Positions 8,392 through 15,115 of a DNA stretch of 64,000 nucleotides are shown here, piece by piece. A program made the translations under genes and the position numbers. The DNA is from Candidatus Pacearchaeota archaeon. GTDB taxonomy: Archaea; Nanobdellota; Nanobdellia; Pacearchaeales; GW2011-AR1. The notes beneath the pieces were generated by a model. It was given only the letters and a program-made list of their open reading frames with translations. It was not told the DNA's origin and searched no databases. The DNA lies in the NCBI GenBank assembly GCA_023136775.1, contig JAGLQO010000018.1, positions 20,452-84,451 on the forward strand. Direction: 5' to 3'. How positions within the stretch are numbered: the first letter of the stretch is position 1; every line of letters starts with the position of its first letter.

Positions 8392-9095
8392 TTAAGGGAG
8401 GGGTTGGAAAGACTGTTTCTGCGATTAATTTGGCTACTGGGTTGAGCTTGAAGGGTAAAAAAGTTTTGGTAATTGATGGGAATTTTCTTAGTCCTACTCT
8501 TCATTTTTATCTTGGACTTTTGAGGCCGAAGACAACTTTAAAGGAAGTTATTAGAAATAATCTAGCACCTGAGAATGCAATTTATGAACATAAATCGGGG
8601 ATTCATTTATTACCTTGTAATTTTTATAAGGGAATTGATTTGAATAAATTGAAAAAAATTGTTGATGAGTTAAAAGAAAAGTACGATTATATTATTGTGG
8701 ATTCTGGGCCTAGTTATACTGACGAGATAATTGCTATTTTGATGATTAGTGATGAGTTGATATTTATTACGACTGCTGACTACCCTACTCTTGCTTCTAC
8801 TGTTAAGGCGGCTAAATTTGCGAAGTATAAAAACGTTAAAATTCTTGGAATTGTTGTTAATCGAAAACGGAATAAAAAATATGAGCTTAGTAAAAAAGAT
8901 ATTGAGGCTACTGTAAAATTGCCTGTCATTTGCACAATTCTCGAAGACCATAAAATGATGAGTTCTGTTTTAGAATTTGTTCCTGTTGTTTGGAAATATA
9001 GACGAAGCAAAAGTGCCAAGGCATATTTAGAATTGGCGGATAAAGTTTGCAAGTCCGATAATTCATGGTCTTTAATTGGCAGTTCTCTTCGTTGA
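8361..9095 (+). CDS. minD: MinD/ParA-family deviant Walker A ATPase
   Basis: MRCRVIGVMSFKGGVGKTVSAINLA carries the KGGxGKT signature, followed by VLVIDGN and IIVDSGP. I place the start at ATG 8361. The track start at 8310 lies inside a GC-rich insert and adds a non-conserved leader. Confidence 0.85.
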   Translation: MRCRVIGVMSFKGGVGKTVSAINLATGLSLKGKKVLVIDGNFLSPTLHFYLGLLRPKTTLKEVIRNNLAPENAIYEHKSGIHLLPCNFYKGIDLNKLKKIVDELKEKYDYIIVDSGPSYTDEIIAILMISDELIFITTADYPTLASTVKAAKFAKYKNVKILGIVVNRKRNKKYELSKKDIEATVKLPVICTILEDHKMMSSVLEFVPVVWKYRRSKSAKAYLELADKVCKSDNSWSLIGSSLR

Positions 9096-9135
9096 TGTCA
9101 AATCAGTTAACCGTCTTTATTATCTTATAAAAAGT

Positions 9136-10185
9136 TTATTTTGTTCTTGATTTTGCCAACAATACTAGCCCTAAAATTGATAAAGAAATTCCGAATATCG
9201 TTACTATTATTGCAATTGATTTTGGGATTCCTAATGCTTGGATATCTAGATAAGCTATTGCTAGGCTGAATCCTATTATTTCTAGGGCGATTTCTTTTAT
9301 CGAAGTTCCTCCGCTAAACATTAAGAGTAATGCTATTGCTATTGGAAGTAGGATTCCTGATAATATCCATATTTGTTTTTGGGATTCGTCTTCGCAATTA
9401 ATTTCAGTATGGGGAAAGCCATTCATTTCGTAAACTATTTTTGTTCCTTCACAATCTGAAATCTGAGCCGACACAGCGTGTCCTAATTCGTGAACTGCGA
9501 CTGTCCCTATAAAAACGAAGTTAGTTATTATTATTATAAAAATTAGATGTTTTAGAAATGGGATGATTGGAGAACTTTGTAGATGAGCGGGATAATGTTT
9601 TGGTTTTTTATTGACAAATAATGTTTTTAAAAATTCTGCAAAGAATAAAAGAAAAATTGTTGTCGAGATTAAAGTTAGGATTAAGGTTGGTTTTGTCGAA
9701 ATGAATGCTGATAGATAAAACATTAGGGAAATTGAGGCGTATGCTATTAGGATTGTAATATGATGTTTGTGTTCATCGATGAAAGTTAGGAATGTCATAA
9801 TTGTAATTAGGAATGCTACTGGGATTGTAATATGGAGATAAGATTTGTTGATTAGGGCTGGAATTATTGAAAGTAATAGTAAGGGGATTTGATATGTTAT
9901 TTTTTTGTTCTTTTGGATTTTTGACAAGATTAAAATTAGGGAAATTGTTTGGATTATTATTAGTGATGCTAGTAATGTTGTTAATTTTTCTAATGTGAAT
10001 TGCTGTAAACCCATTGACCAAAAAAATGTTATAATTGCGAAAATTAGATATGTTATTGAGATTGGTAGGGTTAGGAGGTCGTGGGGTTTTAGGGTTTTTG
10101 CTTTGTGTTTTTTTAGGAGGTAGATGCTTGATATGACTGGAATGAAAAATGCTGTTATCGCTATTAGTAAAAGTAATACTCCCAT
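9136..10185 (-). CDS. Polytopic membrane protein with an HExxH motif (putative membrane metalloprotease)
   Basis: 349 aa, at least 8 hydrophobic helices. The motif VAVHELGHAVSAQ follows a TM helix. Family assignment was not verified. Confidence 0.55.
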   Translation of the reverse strand: MGVLLLLIAITAFFIPVISSIYLLKKHKAKTLKPHDLLTLPISITYLIFAIITFFWSMGLQQFTLEKLTTLLASLIIIQTISLILILSKIQKNKKITYQIPLLLLSIIPALINKSYLHITIPVAFLITIMTFLTFIDEHKHHITILIAYASISLMFYLSAFISTKPTLILTLISTTIFLLFFAEFLKTLFVNKKPKHYPAHLQSSPIIPFLKHLIFIIIITNFVFIGTVAVHELGHAVSAQISDCEGTKIVYEMNGFPHTEINCEDESQKQIWILSGILLPIAIALLLMFSGGTSIKEIALEIIGFSLAIAYLDIQALGIPKSIAIIVTIFGISLSILGLVLLAKSRTK

Positions 10186-10230
10186 ATTTTATAAAAGGAA
10201 ATATTGGTTTTAAAGTTTGGGGAATGGAGG

Positions 10231-10527
10231 AAATTTGCTCACGGCACCCTCACTAATTTATTTGATTAATTTTGTTTGTGATTATATATCTAATTTTGGG
10301 GATTATGCTGATTCAATGCAGGAAGACAAATTTGCTCGCAGATTTACACGGATACCTTCGGTATTCACGGATTTTGTTTTGGGAATTTTTCTTCCATGAA
10401 AAATCGTAGCATCTGCGGACGCCACGATGTTCTCATGGAGTTTATTGCTGAAGCGAGGCTAATGAGCGATTGTGTTGCTAAGCATATGGGAGCGAGAGTA
10501 AGGAGCGAGTGGGTAACTGAGCGACTC
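10231..10527 (+). repeat. Composite intergenic element (modules G, B, A, F)
   Basis: G 10231-10253 (AAATTTGCTCACGGCACCCTCAC, also at 30901). B 10334-10373. A hairpin 10391-10440 with a TGCG loop. Purine-rich GAGCGAG module F 10451-10527. Confidence 0.9.
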
Positions 10528-10561
10528 ATTAAATAATCGAACGCTAGTTCTAGAAAAAAAT

Positions 10562-10620
10562 AAAACAAAAGAAAGAATAACTCCCAAGAGGAGTAGGGTA
10601 GTTATTCTTTCTTTTGTTTG
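10562..10620 (-). terminator. Long perfect stem-loop ~75 nt downstream of 10694..11419
   Basis: AAACAAAAGAAAGAATAAC (left arm) and GTTATTCTTTCTTTTGTTT (right arm) form 19 contiguous base pairs around a 19-nt loop. Function as a terminator is inferred from position only. Confidence 0.4.
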
Positions 10621-10693
10621 TGATTTTGCCAGTTCAACGTGGCGTGTTTTTTGTAATAATAAAAATAATAATTTGTTTGGTTTGAAACCGTAT

Positions 10694-11419
10694 TTATTCT
10701 AGTTCAACGTAGAAGAAATAATCGGTTGTTTCTGTGTTGCCGTGTCCGTCTTCTAAAACTAACATTTGGAAGTCGTGAGTTATGGAATTGAAGCCATCTA
10801 CATCCTGCTCCAAAAGAGCTGCGAAAATTGGATTTCCACTTGCATCTGATAATAATACTTCTTCAAATACTCCTGGATTCTTATCTCCAGAACTATCAAA
10901 AACTTCTGTGCTCATACATGCAGTTGTCTCATTGAATTCTGTAGATCCTACTATAAAATCGGCATGGGCATTTAATATATATGTCTCAAATGTCTCATTG
11001 ATACCGTCTGCAGCATCATCAATATTCATTGTTGATTCTAGATCTGTACCATTTTCTGTCCAATTGAAACACTTAACACCTGTCCAATCTAGATTAAGCC
11101 CATTTGTTGAGGCAAAAACTTCTCCTTGAGGTGAAGCTAGTGACCAGTTGTACATTGGATTTCCTGCTGAATCTGATAATGTAATTGAACCAGAAACGTT
11201 ACCGTAGTAACCTTGCCAAGATTGTGTGATTGTTCGTCCTGTAATATCCAACTCTGTAACATTACCCGCTATTGCGGTATAATTTTTTGGACTGTCAGCA
11301 GCGAGTCTTGTTGAATTCTTATACGACACTTCATTAGCACCGTTTGGAATAGCAAGAGTCACTCCCAACGTGAATACAAGCATTAATGCAACCATTGCGA
11401 TTGTAAAAATTTTGTTCAT
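10694..11419 (-). CDS. Secreted protein, family shared with 13198..13962
   Basis: Signal peptide MNKIFTIAMVALMLVFTLGVTLA. Shared blocks are AGNVTE, TQSWQGYYGN, MYNWSLASPQGE, CFNWT and HDFQMLVLEDGHG...YFFYVELE at the C-terminus. Its start lies 1 nt after the stop of the ArsR-like gene. Confidence 0.8.
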   Translation of the reverse strand: MNKIFTIAMVALMLVFTLGVTLAIPNGANEVSYKNSTRLAADSPKNYTAIAGNVTELDITGRTITQSWQGYYGNVSGSITLSDSAGNPMYNWSLASPQGEVFASTNGLNLDWTGVKCFNWTENGTDLESTMNIDDAADGINETFETYILNAHADFIVGSTEFNETTACMSTEVFDSSGDKNPGVFEEVLLSDASGNPIFAALLEQDVDGFNSITHDFQMLVLEDGHGNTETTDYFFYVELE

Positions 11420-11420
11420 C

Positions 11421-12038
11421 TTACTTTAGTCCTCCTTTCAGTTGTTCTCCCAAAAGTAAGCCTTTTGGATCATAAATTGGAACAAGATACTCTTGTTCAA
11501 GTTTCGACAAAGAGGAGGTAGTCGTTACTTGAAACAGAGGTTTCTCGTCCGAATTTTTTTGAATCTCATTTATTTTATGAGTTAAATCTGCATCTTTTGA
11601 CAGAAGGTAAATTTTGAGTTTCTTGCTATTTGTATATACGACTATTGCCTCAATAACATCAAAATATTTATGAACTCTCCAAAAGAATTTTTCTATTGTT
11701 GATTGGATACTTGCATCGTCAAGTCCCCAAATTTGTATTATTACTTTATGCTCGGTTGACAGTGGGATTAATTTTTTTTCACCCAAGCCTTTTGCTAAGG
11801 GTACCATGTAAAATGATTCTTCAGATATTGAGAACAAGGTTCTTGGCTTGCCTTTAGAAACTTCTCCTGTACGTTGTCGCTTTACGATGTCTGCTGCTTC
11901 TAAGAGTTTTAATTGTTGAGAAACAAAAGAAACTGTTGTGTTCACTGTTGATGCTATTTCCGTCGGAGATGACGGTTTCTCTATTATCACCCTAAGAATA
12001 TCCCACCTTGGACTGGCAAGGAATGAATCTAGTTCCAT
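11421..12038 (-). CDS. ArsR-like winged-helix regulator with an uncharacterised C-terminal domain
   Basis: SPRWDILRVIIEKPSSPTEIASTVNTTVSFVSQQLKLLEAADIVKRQR is a typical ArsR/SmtB HTH. 205 aa. Confidence 0.7.
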   Translation of the reverse strand: MELDSFLASPRWDILRVIIEKPSSPTEIASTVNTTVSFVSQQLKLLEAADIVKRQRTGEVSKGKPRTLFSISEESFYMVPLAKGLGEKKLIPLSTEHKVIIQIWGLDDASIQSTIEKFFWRVHKYFDVIEAIVVYTNSKKLKIYLLSKDADLTHKINEIQKNSDEKPLFQVTTTSSLSKLEQEYLVPIYDPKGLLLGEQLKGGLK

Positions 12039-12074
12039 GTTAATTTTAACTACTGAGACTATTTAAATGTTTAC

Positions 12075-12203
12075 TTAAGTTAATTACTTAAAGTGGATAA
12101 CAAATTAGAATAATTTATTTATTAGTTATTTTTGTTAAGTTAAGTAATTACTAAAGTAATGTGTAAAAAGAGGGGATTTGTTATAGATTAAGTAATTGGT
12201 AGT
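12075..12203. promoter_or_regulatory. Three TTAAGT..TAATTAC..AAAGT repeats upstream of the ArsR-like gene (candidate operators)
   Basis: TTAAGTTAATTACTTAAAGT at 12075-12094, TTAAGTTAAGTAATTACTAAAGT at 12135-12157, TTAAGTAATTGGTAGT at 12188-12203. All lie in the 187-nt region 5-prime of ATG 12038. Confidence 0.4.
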
Positions 12204-12225
12204 GATAATTATTGTCAGGATAATT

Positions 12226-12633
12226 TTATTCTATAAAGGATTTTATTTCTATCAAAAATTCGTTGATGTCCATAACTAGCTCTTTTGTTATTGTTTCGAA
12301 GACAATCAAATTATCTATTTCTCCATACTTGTGAGCTATTATATTTCTCATTCCTTTTGCATCTTTTAATTTTACTAAAAGATCTTTTGAAATGATTTTG
12401 TTTTCTTGCAATATCGTAAAAGATTTTAATTTATCATCTATTTCTAGACTTTCCTTTCTACAGATTAGATAAGAAATAGACACTACAAATTCTACGATTT
12501 TTTCAAAATACCGTTCACATGCTGCTCGTTTTTCAAAATTTTCTTGATACTCGCTATAATGGTTAGGAATTATAGAAGTCAACTCTTTTAGGTAATTTTC
12601 TAAATTAATTATTTCGTCATTTAATCTAGTCAT
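12226..12633 (-). CDS. hepT: HEPN-domain toxin (HepT/DUF86)
   Basis: R-x4-H-x-Y motif in GMRNIIAHKYGEID. 135 aa. 4-nt ATGA overlap with the upstream nucleotidyltransferase gene. Confidence 0.85.
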   Translation of the reverse strand: MTRLNDEIINLENYLKELTSIIPNHYSEYQENFEKRAACERYFEKIVEFVVSISYLICRKESLEIDDKLKSFTILQENKIISKDLLVKLKDAKGMRNIIAHKYGEIDNLIVFETITKELVMDINEFLIEIKSFIE

Positions 12634-13121
12634 TTTTTAAAAATTATTTTTCCTTCTTTATCTATTTCGTTTTGAATTTTTTTTGGAAGTGATGAGAAAA
12701 TTTGAATATCAACGCCTTCCCTGGTTTCTCCTAATAGTCTTGCTCTGATTTTAGTTGGATTGAGTTTTGTTTTTTTTAATTTTATACAAATATCTATATC
12801 TGAAGAATTTATGTTTGTTTTCCGCGCATGACTCCCAAATAAAATAATTTCACTTACTTCTGATTCAAAATTTTCTAGAATTATCTTTTTGGTTTCCTCT
12901 ATTATCTTTTTTATTTCTTGGTTTTTTTTAAGACTAAATTCATTTTTATATTTTGAGATATTTTCAATTGCTTTCAACTTTTTTCGTATATCCCTAGATA
13001 ATCTTGTTGTTTCAGATGGAATTAATTTTCTTCCTAGAAGTTGCTTCTCAATTATTTCCAATTCCCTCTTGCCAAATAAAAGTCGTGCTTCTTGCAATTT
13101 AATAAACTTTAACAATGTCAT
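12630..13121 (-). CDS. mntA: Minimal nucleotidyltransferase antitoxin (MntA-like) with an N-terminal extension
   Basis: The G-S-x(9-13)-D-x-D signature is in ILFGSHARKTNINSSDIDICI. Paired with the HEPN gene. Confidence 0.8.
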   Translation of the reverse strand: MTLLKFIKLQEARLLFGKRELEIIEKQLLGRKLIPSETTRLSRDIRKKLKAIENISKYKNEFSLKKNQEIKKIIEETKKIILENFESEVSEIILFGSHARKTNINSSDIDICIKLKKTKLNPTKIRARLLGETREGVDIQIFSSLPKKIQNEIDKEGKIIFKK

Positions 13122-13130
13122 TTTAATTTA

Positions 13131-13169
13131 TTATCACTATTGTGATATTTATTATCATAATAGTGATAA
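13131..13169. promoter_or_regulatory. Two palindromes upstream of the MntA-HepT operon (candidate autoregulatory operators)
   Basis: TTATCACtattGTGATAT at 13131-13148 and TTATCAtaatagTGATAA at 13152-13169, 10-50 nt 5-prime of ATG 13121. Confidence 0.45.
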
Positions 13170-13197
13170 GTATTTAAGTTTTACTATTGTATTAGAA

Positions 13198-13962
13198 TTA
13201 TTCTAGTTCTACATAAAAATAGTAAGTTGATTCTTCAGTGTCTGTTCCGTGTCCATCTTCTAATACTAGCATTTGGAAGTCGTGGGATCTGTTGTCAAAT
13301 CCCATTACGTCTTCGTCAATTATTGAAGCAAATACTACAGATCTGGTTGTTGGCTCATACATTAAAACTTCTTCAAATTCTCCGTCTGTTCCATTACCTG
13401 CGTCTCCGAAAAGCCTTGTGCTTCTGCATTCATTTTCGGAGAATTCTAAGTTATTTGTATAAAATTTATCATGGTCGAACAAATTAAATGTTTCATTTAC
13501 TCCATCTACGTCGTCCCAATCAATATTAAATAACTCTTCTAATTGCGTAAGGTTTGTTCCATACATACTTGTGTTTCCCTCATTTCCTGTTTCAGGGTTA
13601 TAGTTTCCTTCAGCTGTAAAATTAAAGCATTGAATATTCGCCCAGTTGATTGAATCGTTAGTTGATGCATAGATTTCACCTTGAGGGGAAGCTAAGGACC
13701 AGTTGTACATTACATTGTCGCCTGCGTCGGCCAGCTGGATTGTTCCTGTGATATTACCGAAGTAACCTTGCCAAGTTTGCGTTGGTGAATATCCAAAAAT
13801 ATTAATTTCGGTTACGTTTCCAGCTTGTGCTTGAATTGACTGAGCCTCATCTATTGGGGCTCTTGTAGAATTAATGAAAGTTGTCTCGGCTCCGAATGGC
13901 TGGACAGCTAAGACTAGAGAAATTTGGAATAAAATCAAAGCTGCTAGAATTAATTTTTTCAT
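13198..13962 (-). CDS. Secreted protein, paralog of 10694..11419
   Basis: Signal peptide MKKLILAALILFQISLVLA. Same conserved blocks as its paralog (AGNVTE, TQTWQGYFGN, MYNWSLASPQGE, CFNFT, HDFQMLVLEDGHG, YYFYVELE). ATGA overlap with the upstream gene. Confidence 0.8.
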   Translation of the reverse strand: MKKLILAALILFQISLVLAVQPFGAETTFINSTRAPIDEAQSIQAQAGNVTEINIFGYSPTQTWQGYFGNITGTIQLADAGDNVMYNWSLASPQGEIYASTNDSINWANIQCFNFTAEGNYNPETGNEGNTSMYGTNLTQLEELFNIDWDDVDGVNETFNLFDHDKFYTNNLEFSENECRSTRLFGDAGNGTDGEFEEVLMYEPTTRSVVFASIIDEDVMGFDNRSHDFQMLVLEDGHGTDTEESTYYFYVELE

Positions 13963-14798
13963 TTAAGTCCGTCCATTATTACTTTTAGTTGATCAATGTC
14001 TTTTGAGAATGATGTTTTCTTCTGCAACTCGTTAAGAGAATTAATGTATCCTTGTAATTTTGTTACCAATTTGTCTAACTCTTGTTTTTCTACCAAATTA
14101 GAAATTTTGTTCTTAGCAAACTCTATATCTTTTGTATTTTGTTCTATAGAAGCTTTAAAATCTTGAGTCTCTGCTTTGAACCCGTCGAGATCTTGGATTC
14201 TTGTTCTCATTTCCGCATAAATACTTTGAACCTTATCTGTTTGAATATTAATTAATCCTTCAACTTTTTTTATTTCGATTAATTCTTTTTTTACTTCTTC
14301 GGATAACTTAATAATTTCTTCCACTCCTCTAAAGAATTTTATTTTCTTTCTAGTCTCACTAACTTCCTCCATAACTCTATTCATTACTGATTCATTGCCT
14401 TCCAGATTGGCTTTAATTGCTTCGATTTTTACTTCTTGCTTTTGAACTTCTGTCATTAATTTTTCCGGCTGAACTGAAGCTACCATATCTGCTGACTTCA
14501 CAGCTTTTAATTCGACTTCTTGTAAAGCTCTACTTTGCTCTAGAATCATTGAACGAAGTTCTCCTATTTGTTCACTAGCTTGTGTAAATCTTTCACTAAA
14601 AGAATTTCTAATTTCTTTGGACGCTTCGCCCCCAGCTTTTAGTTTTTCAATTTCAGTTTTCAGTTTTATGATTTCGGTGTTTGGGATTCCTGTTGGTGGG
14701 GCAACGACTAGCTTTTTTTCTTTACTTTCCTTAGGGCTCTCGCCCTCGGCTGCATCTGCTGCATCTTCTCCCTTTTTCTTTTTCAAAAAATTAAACAT
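13959..14798 (-). CDS. Coiled-coil protein (279 aa), cytoplasmic
   Basis: Heptad-rich E/K/L/I sequence throughout, with no TM or signal peptide. 8-nt overlap upstream and 4-nt overlap downstream indicate an operon. Confidence 0.7.
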   Translation of the reverse strand: MFNFLKKKKGEDAADAAEGESPKESKEKKLVVAPPTGIPNTEIIKLKTEIEKLKAGGEASKEIRNSFSERFTQASEQIGELRSMILEQSRALQEVELKAVKSADMVASVQPEKLMTEVQKQEVKIEAIKANLEGNESVMNRVMEEVSETRKKIKFFRGVEEIIKLSEEVKKELIEIKKVEGLINIQTDKVQSIYAEMRTRIQDLDGFKAETQDFKASIEQNTKDIEFAKNKISNLVEKQELDKLVTKLQGYINSLNELQKKTSFSKDIDQLKVIMDGLK

Positions 14799-15114
14799 TT
14801 CCCAACTCGCCCTCGATTTCTTTTATTAATTTTTGAACTACCGTGTAATCCCTTTTGCTAAATGTTGACTTAAAGATTTTAATTTTAGAAGGCAATAAAA
14901 TTAATTTTATTTCTATAAGTTTAGCTCTTTTATATTCAAGCCCCCTTAGTTTTATTTCTAACTCCAAGTGTCTCAACTCTAATTTAGAAGCTGTTAGATA
15001 TTTTAAACCTTCTGTTCTTTCCTTGTAACTATTTAACTTCTTTATTTTTTTATAATGCTCTTTACCTACAATCTTTTTTGAAACTTTTTTTATTCTATTA
15101 AATTCTTTTTTCAT
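14791..15114 (-). CDS. Small basic helical protein, conserved partner of the HerA-like ATPase
   Basis: Start corrected to ATG 15114, 1 nt after the ATPase TAA. The track start at 15195 overlaps the ATPase by 80 nt. KLILLPSKIKIFKSTFSKRDYTVVQKLIKEIE aligns with KLLQIPLKTKIWKSSIVKKDLESIYKIFTEVE in 49258..50064. Confidence 0.6.
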   Translation of the reverse strand: MKKEFNRIKKVSKKIVGKEHYKKIKKLNSYKERTEGLKYLTASKLELRHLELEIKLRGLEYKRAKLIEIKLILLPSKIKIFKSTFSKRDYTVVQKLIKEIEGELGNV

Positions 15115-15115
15115 G

